A stretch of DNA of 63,996 nt, counting the filler, from Fonticula-like sp. SCN 57-25 (taxonomy: Eukaryota): the NCBI GenBank assembly GCA_001724245.1. It is 3 parts of 3 records of this genome, joined end to end, with 100 filler letters (N's around TTAATTAATTAA, not from the genome) between each part and the next. Parts side by side here need not be neighbours in the genome. Positions count along the whole stretch, not along the records: positions 1 to 17,873 come from MEDX01000117.1; 2 more parts are not named here. The stretch is one strand, 5' to 3'. Every line of letters starts with the position of its first letter. Position 1 is the first letter of the stretch. A program made the translations under genes and the position numbers. The notes below the pieces were generated by a model. The model saw nothing but the letters and a program-made list of their open reading frames with translations, did not search any database and was not told the DNA's origin. Shown piece by piece: positions 1 to 12,298 of the stretch.

Positions 1-1740
1 GAGTCTAGAATGATGGAGATCCGGTCTGGAGCAGTGTTGATGACAGGTGACAGATCGGAAGCTGACTCATCGATTGGAGTGCTGACAAACCAATGGTGGT
101 TGTGATACGTTGCACATCTGATGCCACACGATGTGAGTACACAGAGACTATGTGACGTACCTAAAGCAATACAGAAAGTACAATCGTCACAAAACGCCCT
201 ATCACAGTGTGTTTGATTTCACATCTGATCGTGGATTGGCTGATTGCTGAATCGCTTCCAATCCATACATTCCTCACCCCCATAAACGACTGTCTTGGGG
301 AACGTATGGATTGGCCCTGTTGCCATGTAAGTAGTCCACCCCGTTCGACAAAGTTACAGCATATTCAAACTATGAGGCTCTTCGACCTGCGTCCCCCGTG
401 ACACTTTGTCGTGCCCTTCTCTCCTGTGCCGGACCGGACGAGTGTGTGAGGCGTTGCGTCGATTCGTGGCGCAGAACTGAGCCACGAGCTTTATCGACAC
501 AACGTGTACGTCGTACTCAAGGCTTAGGAAACCTCCATATCAAGTAGCAACCCGCATCAATACCATATCACGAACATTAGGAAGACTCCCGCGATGTCCA
601 CTCACCCGCCCACCAACAGCGTGCTATCATAACGCCAGATTCCCTCCTCACAGTGTAGCCAAGCCCTCTAAGAGCGAACAGCAACTTCCCCGAGCCGACC
701 GACATCCATCGACATGAACAGACACACAAAAGACGAAACGAATTATGTCGAGGGACTCGCGCATTAAGGAGCACCCGCCCCGAAGTGGATGGAAGGCTGA
801 ACATTGAACACACGTAGCTAGCGTGGCAAGTACGGTCGACGACGAGGTTGAAGCGGTAGGACGCTCTTGAGAGGTACAACCAAGATGCCAGGATACCGTC
901 TGTGCTCTTCGGCGCGGTACTCTGAGTGAGAGATAATCCTCAGCGTGACGCACCAATGTATCACAAATGTGATGATGGAGGAGATCTGCTGGTTGGGTAA
1001 CAGAGGTTTATTACCAGTGCAAAAGGAAGAACACTGAGAACACAAAAAGCTACACGTATTTATACTAGTGCTTATTCAGCATGACATGTGATATTACGTA
1101 ATAAATGGAAGAGCCTAGAAGAGCCTCGAATACTCAAGTGCGTATACCGAATAGTCTAGAGCTTGCATGGATCATGTTGCTTTGTCAGGCTTGTGACAGG
1201 CTTGTCACAACAGCTGACGTAATGGTAAATCTAGAGCTGCTGCTGCGCAGCATCACAGATGCGGCATCGCATGAGTACAAAAGTGTATAGGTGGCGTACC
1301 TATTTATTGAAAGGTCAAAGTACAATCGTCACACAAAGCACAAACGTCGCACCCACGCAGTGTCGCATCAGCTTTCCTATGCGACAATAGTCGACGCACG
1401 CCTGTGAATCCGCGTTGGGTTCTCGCAGATAGCATGTCAGGAACCAACGCCACCCCCCCATACGTGCTGCGTCCTTTGCACTGCACGCATCGCTCCCCCG
1501 AGTGGCATCCTTCGATTCGTCTCGCCGTGAGCTCTCGAACGCACCCTCAACTATCGCTCCACGACACGTATTCGCGGAGATATGAGCATCTGCTACACAC
1601 GTACCGCCCCTATCTGGACGCTCGCAGGCAGGCCCAATAGCGCGCACTACTGTGTAGCTGTCTGGCAGGACGCCCACGCAGTACGACAACGTACACGCCT
1701 CGCAGCTTATCCCCGACTGGTCAAGCCTTATGTACAAATA
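1..1740. mobile_element. Degenerate transposon/LTR-derived repeat region
   Basis: No credible ORF. The 17-mer AAAGTACAATCGTCACA occurs at 175 and 1317 and again at 18056. 1516-1700 is a diverged copy of 18787-19080, which lies next to a Gypsy pol remnant. Confidence 0.55.
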
Positions 1741-2111
1741 ATGTATAGTCTGCCTTTTGGCAATGTCCTTCTGTGTTCTTTCCTTTGCGATAAAATCACA
1801 AGCTCGGGCCCACAGACATTTGGTAGTCCAGCGGTGTCAGTTGTGCCGAGTTCCCAGGAGGCAGCGTGAATTGTGGTCGGTCAGCCCTGCGGTAGAATTA
1901 TCCCTCTCACTATCATATGGGCCGGCCATTTGGCAACCTATCGCTGCCTTAGGGCGATGCCATTCCAATCACACACTGACGAGATCCAGCATTGGCCATA
2001 TTGCATTCGTTCGAACAGCAGCAACATCCGTACAAGAGAAATATACAAACGATGTAAGTCTGGTACCATGGTGCAACAAAAGAAGTCACCTGCATCACTG
2101 TATTACTTAAA

Positions 2112-3326
2112 TTACATATCTTCATCTTGCTGGGCATTCATCTCCTCAGAAATCCTATGGACGGCATTCACAAATGCCTCGAGATGATCGGGGTTATGCT
2201 CGGGCATCATGCCATGTCCCAAATTGGCAATGTACCTCTGCGTGCCAGCCCTTAAAACACGCACGTTAGCATCATCACGCACAACGACAGTGAAATTGCG
2301 TACTTTTGGAGCATCTTTTGGACGAGTTCTTCAATCGTTCCCTTGGGCGCAAACAATGCAACGGGATCGAGGTTGCCTTGAATCGTCGCTCTCCCATGCA
2401 CAGACTTTCTCGCCTCCTCAAGATCCATAGTGGCGTCAAGGCTGACAACGTCAAACCTCTCGTCAGCGTCCTCCGCGTTACCGAGTGCTTCCACAGCGTA
2501 GTGCGCCCCCTTGGCAAACACGACCACCGGCACACGCGGAATGCCGAGATCGTCCAGCGACAACCTTACGGTTCGGACAATGCGCCGAAGGTAAGGAAGC
2601 GAAAACTGGTTAAAGAGGTCTGGCGACAGCTCTCCCGCCCACGACTCGAATAGCTGCAGCATCTGGGCCCCGGCCTTCACCTGGCACACGAGATAACCGG
2701 CAGACACGTCGGCAATAAGCGAAAGAAGCCGGTGCGACGAGCGCGGGTCAGCGTAAAGCCATGTCTTGGCGCGCGCGAACGTCTTGCTACCACCGCCCTC
2801 AATCATATACGCCATGAGCGTCCAAGGGGCACCACAGAAGCCAATCAACGGAACCTGCAACAACAGTAAAGTAAGCATAATAAGCACTTCATAAATAACA
2901 CACCTTTCCTTCCAACTTGGTGCGCGTGAGGCGAATTGCGTCGTAGACGTATGCAAGCTCCTTCTCGGGGTCGCATTCCCAGTTGAGGCGAGCCAGGTCA
3001 TCCCCGTTGGCGAGGGGCGACGGGAAATGCGGGCCCTTGCCGGGCACCATCTCCACAACCATGCCGAGAGCCTGAGGAACAACGAGAATATCGGAGAAAA
3101 TGATAGCGGCGTCCAGTGCGAAACGGCGGATCGGCTGGAGCGTCACTTCGCACGCAAGCTCTGGGGTGCGACACACGGTGAAGAAGTCGCTCTCCGCGCG
3201 CATGGCGCGAAACTCGGGAAGGTAGCGACCCGCCTGGCGCATCGCCCATACTGGGACGCGCTCGGTGCGCTCGCCACGTGCAGCACGCAGAATCAAGTCG
3301 TTCTGAAGTACAGGAAAGGACGTCAT
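2112..3326 (-). CDS. UROD: Uroporphyrinogen decarboxylase (2 introns)
   Basis: Motifs [49 protein letters not shown]; two GT-AG introns restore the frame. Confidence 0.97.
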
Positions 3327-3421
3327 GGCTGCTGATCTGCCACCTGTTCAATAGCAGTTCAACAGCAGTTCAAAGCCAAAGCAGATGACAAAAGTTTGCA
3401 CTCTAGTTTGCACCTATCATC

Positions 3422-4695
3422 ATGCCTCCGGTGCGGTATCGCGGATCGTCGCCAGCGAGGCGGTACGTACGCAGCTCACGACTCGAAATATGCTAATGCG
3501 ATGCTGTTGCAGCGGGCGGTCCCCTAACCGGCGACGTGATCTGCGTGCGTTCAATTTGTTGTGTGTATGTTTCTAGCTAATCCCTTGGTAGAAGGAGCGC
3601 ACAGTCGTAGCCCGTCGCCCGGTCGTGGGTCGACTGGACGTGCTGGCGGTCGTCATCGAAGCCCGTCGCCGTACAATAGGAATGGCGCTGCCTCACCGCG
3701 TCGTCGTCGCTCCCGCTCGCCGTACGTTTTCATTCCTGTACACCGTTTGGCTGACTGTGCAAGACAGTGTACCGAATCAGGAACCTGCCCAGCAACCAAT
3801 GCGCGCCCTTCCGGCCGCACCACCGGCATCTTCGCAAATGGCCGCACCACCGGCATTTTCTTTGTTTCCCTTTCCTGTTCGCTTCCCCGTCCCCCCACCC
3901 ACCCCGATGGCGGCACCGCGGCCGGCAGACCCACAGGATACGTTTGCCGTCTTACAGCGGATCGAGCAGGTGCGACGGTTGAATTCAGTTCAACCTTTTC
4001 TTACCCCATCGCAGCAACTCCAACGCAACACAGAGGAGATTGAGCGTCACCGTCAGTTACTCGAGCGACTCGTAGGTCTGCTCTCGAACGCTGCTGCTCC
4101 TGCCTCGAGCGCTGCGCCTCCGAGCTTGAAAGAACTCGACCAGCCTCGCGCGCCGTCGCCAGCGACCGAACGGAACCGCAACGACAGGAGTCGCAGCAGG
4201 AGTCCCGCGAGGAGCGCCAGTCGGAGTCCTAACCGAAACGCCAGCGGAAACAACAATAGGAGCCGCACCCCGAGCCCGTCGCCCAAAGCGCGTAGCGAGT
4301 ACAACGACGAGCATGACGAGGACATGGTCGATTATTCGGACGATGTCGATGACGAGCCTAGCGAAAACGAGTCCGCACCTTCAAAGGAAAGTACTACAAC
4401 TGTCAAGTCGACTGCGGCCGGTGACGACGACGACGGGGACCTGGTCATCTCTTTCAACGATGAAGATGTCATTGTTCCCGCGGCGCAACCAGAGGTGGCC
4501 AAGCAGACTGACGCAAAAAGCACGCCTGTCAAGGATAGAAAGAGCAAGAGTAGCAGCACAGCCACAGCAGCCCAGTGTTTGCTATGCGGCAGCTCTGCCC
4601 ATGGCATGAGCGAGTGCTCGTATGATCACTTTGTGGTCCGATACGCTGCCCGAATGACTAACGAAGCAGCGCCTCCTCTCCGCGGAACGCGCTAG
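3422..4695 (+). CDS. RS/SP-rich protein with C-terminal CCHC zinc knuckle (3 introns)
   Basis: Spliced ORF MPPVRYRGSSPAR...; RSRSP repeats, an acidic stretch and CLLCGSSAHGMSEC (C-x2-C-x4-H-x4-C). Confidence 0.7.
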
Positions 4696-4777
4696 CCGCA
4701 TCATTTGTACAATATCGATGTTACAAGGTACATTATAATCTTTGTTCCTATACAATCCGCCCATCAAATTTACACAA

Positions 4778-5858
4778 TTAAACTCCGTCCAGCCACTTTT
4801 TGTAGTACTCACAGTTGGACGGTCTTACAGGCCCCGTATCCGAGCAGAACTTGAAAAGCTACCATCAAGTCAGAAAAGAGCCGATCGACAGTAGGAATCG
4901 TACAGGACAAACGCCACAGGGCGCCTCTGTGAGCCCGTTGGTCATGCTGGATGTGCGCAGGGCTCGGTAGGAACCCGAAGCGAGCATTTCGATTTTCCCA
5001 TCAAATACGAGCGTTGTGAGGATGGACTCGATATCCTCGCGACTCAGCGGCACTTTGCTGATGCCCGACCTGGCGACCACCTCCACCATTTCATCAATCT
5101 TGGGGAACCCTTCGTGCGTGAGGGCAAACACGTCATTGCGATCCCTCGGGATGCTCTGGTTGGATGTGAGAAAGACGGCACGCAAACAAAAAACGCACCT
5201 TGGACGCAATGTATTTAAAGCAGTACGTTTGAAGCATGTCAATGAACACAGAGTCAAATTCCTGCTCGCTGTACCACGCACCACCGGTAATATTGCGCGA
5301 GGGCTCTATCTCATACAGCATGTACAGTTTCTTATTCTTGCTCTAAATGGCAAACGTGAGCGTCCAAGGCAGGCATCCCACGGCTCCACGTACCTCTACG
5401 CTCTTGACGCTCTTGATAATCTTTCTCGACTCGAGGCTTTTGAGTACTTTGGTGATCTGGTTCTGCTGCAGGTTGCTGCGGTTTCTAATGTCGCGAGTCC
5501 AGATGCCCTTGTTGTCGGTCTGCTTGATTAAAAGGTAAATGAGCTTCTCGTCCTGGTTCAGGTTTGTCATGCGAGCAGTGTCTTGCGCCTTCGTCTCCTG
5601 GTAGGCAATCTGCGAGCCGATTCGCAGGAAGCAGATCAGTCCCTTGCGTGACAGTCCGTTGATGGTGTCGGCTTTATCGGTAAGACTCATCCCCGTGATT
5701 TGGTCATCGCCCAACCCCGCGGGATTTCTCCGACACAGTTCAAGAAAAGCGCGCTCATTGGGAGTCAGCGCTGCGTCGCTCGACGACGATGAAGCGCCGG
5801 TGGCCCCGCCGCCAGTCGGTCCGCCCGACCCCACCACGTCCATCGCCAACACCTCCAT
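4778..5858 (-). CDS. POLR3F: RNA polymerase III subunit RPC34/RPC6 (3 introns)
   Basis: NKGIWTRDI, LKSLESRKIIKSVKSV, YMLYEIEPSRNITGGAWY, and the C-terminal Fe-S cysteines PCGVCP..C..C. Confidence 0.95.
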
Positions 5859-6652
5859 GGCGCAGATGGATTGCAAACTGCAAAATCGTGACGTCACAAA
5901 TGTTATGACGCAACCTGCAATTCCTGTGCAATTCGGTTACCCGTTGAAGGGACTTTCATCCTTATCGATCGTAATGCGACCAATCCGATAACGATATTGC
6001 GACTCGTTTATTTTCATCCAATGGCTGTCACTACGTTCGATTCCTTTTTCCTTTTTAGGAAAGCCCGCCCAACGTGCGCACGTTCGTGTCCGGCAAAGGA
6101 CTGCCCTGCGCCGCGGTCGTCTTTTCTTCACCGGCTCGCGCACGGAGGGCTCCCGCTGCTCCTCTTCCTTTAGGAGGTTGGTGGTTTCCAGCGGAGGTTT
6201 TTTCGGTGCCGTCGCTGTGTCTTCCTTCACCCTTGGTCGGTGGACGCCGGCGCGTGACGTGTCAGCACTTGTGCCCCTTTGACCGGTTGCGTGGGCGCAC
6301 ACGGGTTCCGCGCGCTTTTGCGTAAGAGTTGTTTTCACGCGCGCGATCCCTGGTCGTCGGTGAGCGTTCGAGTCCCTCGCGCGCTGCCTTTCCCTTATTT
6401 GTGGGTATTGAAAGGGTCGCTTGTTCCTGCCCGCTCGAATGGATCTTGCGAGCGTAGCGATCGTCGCTGGTGTCGCTGTCCTCGTCCTATCAACGTTTCA
6501 GCTTCTCGTTAGGCGCTTCCGGCGGTCAGAGTGCGTTTTGCTTCTCAGCATAACTTGACAGCCCGTTCTGACTTTTTTTTTGTAGGCGTTCGCTCCTTCC
6601 GTTCCACGATTCAAAGACATCGTCGTCAGAGGTCAGCAGGTATAAAAGCGGC

Positions 6653-7064
6653 ATGGTGGTGTCGAGATGGAATCCCGTGACTCGGTCAGCCACACCGATT
6701 GGTGTGTCGCCGCCGCCCCTGCGTGCGGACACCAACATCGAAAACGAAAATGACTCGAACAGTCGCGCGATCACTGCCGGCAGTGGCAGCATCAGCCCAG
6801 GCGTCGATCATTTGATGTCGCCTTTCTTTCCTTCCTTTGACCGGAGTACGCTCTCGAATCTGCTTGTACTTATATACTGACATGTTACTAGAAGATGCAA
6901 TGGAGCATGCCAATAAGGAGGCTCTCTTGTACATTTGCCGGAAAAAGAGGAATATGGAGATTATGGACTCTGACGTTGCTTCTGGCGCCGGCTGGAGGAG
7001 ATTCGCAATGATCAATCACCATCTGAAGAGCGTTCAGACTGATCTCTCTCGACTTTCATTGTAG
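6653..7064 (+). CDS. Small 121-aa protein with SERTA-like C-terminal motif (intron 6846-6891; probable 5'UTR intron 6360-6585)
   Basis: A canonical GTACGC...CTGAC...TAG intron joins two ORFs in frame; C-terminus KEALLYICRKK...WRRFAMINHHLKSVQTDL. Confidence 0.65.
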
Positions 7065-7558
7065 ATACATGCTTGTCTTATCAACCGAGCATGCGCTTTT
7101 GCATTTGCGAAAGTGACAGACCGCAGATATACATGTCTGCCGTCTCTTTTTGATTGTTTGCATTATTAGGCTCCCCATCGATCATCCATGAATATGTTTT
7201 TTAATCGCAGTATTCGACATATGAGGCGTAGAGGCTATACCCTCTACTTACAATCTAGGCATGCTTGTCATGCGTTCCGTGTGCTGCTGGCAGCCATTCT
7301 ACTATTTTTATCTTTGTATCCGTTGCATTATTGTCTTGTCGAGATCATCATAATATAATCAATTAGTACTATTGAGACATTTGGGTCTTTCCATGATGTG
7401 CCGAGCGGCTCGTCAACTGAAGTAGTGAATTACGCAGCGTGTTGGGCTTTTGCTATTGCTTATTTTGCAAGCGAATAGCAAAGCTGGCATGCTGAATTCG
7501 TGCTAATCACATGATCTGAATTTGCGCGGGAAAACCTGCCAACGCGCATCCGCTTGTC

Positions 7559-10520
7559 ATGTCACGACGCGGCTGGGGCAACCTGTCCAAGCGACCCTCA
7601 ACGGGCTCTGCTGAAGGGGGGCTACGTGACGGCGACATTCGCTCGCTTTTTGGGTTTGTTGGGTCGCCTGCTACGGGATCGGCCGACAATACGCAGCTTA
7701 GTCCTCGCACGGCGCTCGAAAAGTGTACGTTCAGTCGGGCACGGTCTATGCGTCAAAATTGCGTGGTGTCGCTCTATTTTGTGATTAATTTTAATTTTAA
7801 TAATTATGAGTACTGTACGGAATACTGGTTTGGCTCACTGTTTTTATGACGTCCAGATTTTGGCTTTTCCCACTTTCGCGGAGATCAAGAGGCTGTCGTG
7901 AGAGCGGCAGTTGAAGGCCGTGATGTTTTTGTGCTCCAGCCGACCGGTGCCGGCAAGAGTATTTGTTTTCAGCTTCCTGCGCTCATGGCGCCACCGGGTG
8001 CCGTAACGGTGGTAGTATCGCCATTGATCGCGCTGATTGATAACCAAGTCGATGCTCTCAAGCGCAAGGGGATCAAAGCGACCGCATTCAATTCAACACA
8101 AACTGATGCCAACGTACGTGGTGTCGGAGTTAGCAATTATCTGTGTGCATTCTTTGCGTATTTTATTTGCATGTCTACTGCTTTTTGTTGTTTTATCTTT
8201 TTTTTAATTTGCTGATCGACGACTGTCTGGTAGCGTCAAGCAATCATAGACGACTTGCTGTCGCGGCGACCATCTACCCGCCTACTTTATGTAACACCTG
8301 AGCTTATGGCGACGCGCACCTTTAAAGGCGTATTGCGGGCGATGGCGAGGAACGGTAACTTTTCGCGGTTTGTCATTGATGAGGCGCATTGCATCAGCGA
8401 GTGGGGCCACGACTTTCGCTCCGCGTATCTCTCCTTGGGCGACGTCCGCCAGGAGCATGCGGGCATTCCCATTATGGCGCTAACGGCGACGGCCACCGCG
8501 CGTGTGCAAAGCGAGATTATTTCCATCCTTGGGCTTCGGAAGAACGCCGCCGTGTTCAAGAGCGACTTTGATCGGCCAAACCTCTGCTACTCTGTGCGCT
8601 ACAAGGACCTCTTGGATAGCCCGCTCGAGGACCTCGCCGTACTCATTAACGAAAGTACGATCTCTTTTGCTTTTTCAATTATGCGCTAACATATGCAGAC
8701 GATTACGAGTGCGGAATTGTGTATTGTTTCCGGCGCAACGACTGCGACGCCGTAGCCTCCTATCTGCGCGCCAAGGGGATATCCGCGGAAGGCACGAATC
8801 AACTTTATATAATTGTTTTCTAATGCATGCTGCGCAGCGTATCATGCGGGGCTGTCTCCACCCGCGCGCGAGGCCGCTCAGTCGAACTGGTCACGGGGCG
8901 TGACGCGCGTCGTTGTTGCAACGATCAGCTTTGGCATGGGCGTTGACAAGGAGAATGTTCGCCTCGTGGCGCACTGGTGCATCCCGCAGTCCCTGGAGGG
9001 CTACTACCAAGAGAGCGGCCGCGCCGGCCGTGATGGCAATGCCGCCGACTGCGTCCTCTACTACTCGACAGAGGACTATAACTCGCGGCGGCACTTTCTC
9101 GGCGTCAACGAGCAGAGGCAAAAGGAAAAACCGTCAATGCGCAACGAGAAAGGTGCCGTGCCTTCTATTTATATTTCAGCTAACACTGTGAGCAGCGGCG
9201 ATGCAGAGCCTGACTGCAGTTTGCAAGTTTGCCACCGAGGCGTGCTGTCGGCGGACGCACATCCTGACGTACTTGAACGCGGCGTACAATGACGCCGACG
9301 CGGACGCGCCTGCACCGGCAGTTTCGTGCCACCGGATGTGTGACGTCTGCAAGGATCCTTCGGGCGTCCGCAAGGTCATCGAGCGCCTTGCCGCGGTCGA
9401 GGTCAAGGCGTCGCTGGCAAAGGGCCCGCGCTGGAACGACCCGGCCGACGACCAGCTCTGGGAAAACGCCGGCGACATTGGCAGCGGCTCCGACGACAGC
9501 GACAGCGAAGGGCGTGGCGTGCGTAGCCCTTTTGCTTTCTATTGGCCGCTTACGCTCTTGGCGGCCCACAGGGACTCGAGTACTCGGTCATGTCGGGCGG
9601 AAGAGGCAAGCGCCGCGGCGACGACGCCGACAACAGGTACAGGGCCAAAAAGTTTAGGAAAAGGGACAACGACGACGACGAAAACCTCCCTCTCTTTGAG
9701 CGCGTCTTTGGAAAGACGGCCACGTGGAAGCCGGCTACGTCCGACTCGTCGTCACTTATCAGCCCCGATGCGACGGACCTCATCGACCCGACGTCGACGG
9801 CGGTGCTTGACCTCCCGCTGGCGCGGCGGGCAGGCGCCCTCACCCTTTTGCGCGCTGCGCTATCTGAGAACGCCGCAGCGGCCACCGAGCCGGCCACATG
9901 GGATGTCCAGGAGGTATCGCGCGAGGTGGAGCATCGATTGTTTTCCAAGAGCAGCACTGCGACAGGCTACAGAACGGCGTCAACGGGCCTCCTGGTCGCC
10001 GTCCGCGCCGCTACAAGGGAGAACAGATTGGCTGACGTAATTGGATTGGCGGGGCAGGAGGACGAGGAGGAGCCGAAAGAGGAGCCGAAGGAGGAGCCCG
10101 AGCTCCAATCAGCAATCGACGTCGACGACGTCGAGCAAGTAAGCGACGAAGTGGGTACGCTGAGGTCCACGTGGTTGATATTCCTCACACTTTATAGCGC
10201 CAATTCAATCGGTCCGCGCTCCGACGCCGCCGCCCGTCCGTGCACCAACGCCGCCGCCCGTCCGCGCCCCAACGCCGCCGCCGGTTGCGAGCCGGTCCCT
10301 GTCTGACTACAAAATGCTGGTGGCCACGTGGTGTAGGGATGCGCTTCAGCCGTACTATGCGTCCAAGCGCATTGACCGCGACACCTTCAAGGACATTGCG
10401 CGCAGTGCGACGTCGCGCATGATGAGCGACTATGAGGAGGGCGTCACGGGAGACGGCGAGGAGCGCGTTCATCGCCACGTGGTTGCTGAGCTGCAACAGC
10501 GCGGCATTCAGCATCCGTAG
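7559..10520 (+). CDS. RECQL5: RecQ5-type DNA helicase (7 introns, one GC-AG)
   Basis: [36 protein letters not shown] Zn cysteines, KIX-like [13 protein letters not shown] and a C-terminal SRI-like [20 protein letters not shown]. Confidence 0.88.
10211..10285 (+). repeat. 24-bp coding tandem repeat x3 (VRAPTPPP)
   Basis: GTCCGYGCNCCRACGCCGCCGCCS repeated three times in the last RECQL5 exon. Confidence 0.85.
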
Positions 10521-10643
10521 CGTATTTCGTGTACATTTTTGATATTACTCTGTGACATTAGAATCTCAACTATTAGTTTGTACAGTATAGCCAACTGAAA
10601 TGCGAATAGAACACGGCTGCATTACAATACATACAATTACAAA

Positions 10644-12036
10644 TTAGGCAAATCTGGCGCGCTTATTCGCATCGTCTTCGGCCATCGCCGGCGGCGGCGT
10701 CGACTCTACGTAATTATCGTCGTCGTCGTCATTCTCCTGCTGCTGCTCGCTCACGCCGACCGACGGCCACCGCGCCGACGGCACGCTGCTGACCCCTGTC
10801 GCCTGCGTCCTCGTCGCCGCAGTCGTGCCCGTCGCCGTGCTGCTCTCGTCCGCCGCCGTCTCGGGCGTCTGCGTGGCGAGCACGAGCTGCACGTCAAAGG
10901 CGCCGCTCATCGCCAAGTCAAATATAATTGGCCTAAAATCTTTTAGAATTTCAAATATGTGAACAAGGCAATACGTACTTTCCCGTCTGCGTAAAGTGTA
11001 CACCAATAGTTTCGTTTGCGCTGACGCTCTCGCAAAAGGATACAAAGGCGCGCAGCTCGCGCAGGTTAAACGTCAGCTCGCACGGCCGCACGACATCAAA
11101 CTGCTCGAAGTCACGCGCCATGAGCGACACGCGCGTCTGCATCCCTCTCGCTCCCGACGCTGTGCGCCCGTGAGCACAACGAGAACAGCACAAAGAGGCG
11201 TACTGGGATCGAGATGGTTGCACATTGTGAGCCCGCTTTGCTTGACGTCCCACGTAATCTCGTCCAGCCCGCTCGCAAACTTGCCCACCCAGTCGCCGCC
11301 GAGCTCCCGCGCCGTCGTGGCTACATGGCAGTCCATGCTGGATTTGTCAAAGACGGGGCGCGCTGTCGCAGTCGCCTCGCAGTTGATCTTTACGGTGCGC
11401 TTGACGCCGATCTTGTAATGGAACTGGAGAACAACGCGATGCTGGTCGGGGTAGGAAAAGGATGACGTCGCGGCGGGACTGTCGGGGGCGGTCGACAGGG
11501 AAAAGAGCGAAAGGGAAGATGTGTCGAGGCGGCCACGGAAGGCTGACAAAAAGGCCTAGATAATATTCAGCAAACATGGAAGAAAAACAAACATGACACT
11601 ACTCCAAATGCGCTCAATTTAAACATAAACACACAAAACCACAGCGCCTTCCACTCTTCCTTTCAGCCGTACCTTTACGAGGACGCGGCAGTTTGCGATG
11701 GCGCCACTCGGGGTGTCCCGCGAGCGCGCCCTATCGGCCTCGGTCGCCGACATTCGCTCAAAAAAGGAAGGCAGAAAGGTGAACGCCACATATGCGCTTC
11801 GTGAGGAGTTTACGCTCGTCAACGTCAACTGCAGGCAGGCATCATGCGGGTCAGGGCGCGAACATGGTGCACGAAAGATCATCGCACCTTGTCTCGATGA
11901 AGCTGCATCGTCATCTCTTCTGACATCTTGCCGAGAAACGTCACGGCGCGCGAAAACGCTGTCCACACCCATTAGTTCTAGCAACGAGGGAGGCGCACGC
12001 ACCCTTCAAATTCGGCCCGGCAATCTCCAGCTCCAT
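10644..12036 (-). CDS. RAD9: 9-1-1 checkpoint clamp subunit Rad9 (5 introns)
   Basis: MELEIAGPNLKAFSRAVTFLGK, LTSVNSSRSAYVAFTFLPSFF, LTFNLRELRAFVSFCE, HFTQTGKPIIF, LVLATQ. Confidence 0.92.
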
Positions 12037-12066
12037 CGTCAGCGCCACCCAGCTGTGATGATTCGA

Positions 12067-12080
12067 TTTTCCCGCCAAAA
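12067..12080. promoter_or_regulatory. E2F-type site TTTTCCCGCCAAAA about 30 bp upstream of RAD9
   Basis: Matches TTTSSCGC; similar sites occur at RECQL5, ERCC1 and DTL. Confidence 0.55.
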
Positions 12081-12298
12081 AATCGATTGCAATCCACTTT
12101 GGGCTTTTGACCCAATTGAGATTCTCTCAAACAACAAAGTGGGCCGCGCGCCTCGCGATCCACCGAGTAGGCAATACACTTTACAATTTTTGCTGTTCTT
12201 TTCTCTATGCGAGTGACACTTTGATACTGTATCTTCAAGCGCGCGTTTATTCTCAAAAGCGATAAAAGACAACACAAACACTCATGCGTTCTTCAAAC

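Noticed and set aside
5975-6050. tRNA gene suggested by GTTCGATTCC
   Set aside because: No acceptor stem or cloverleaf; kept only as a possible isolated B-box.
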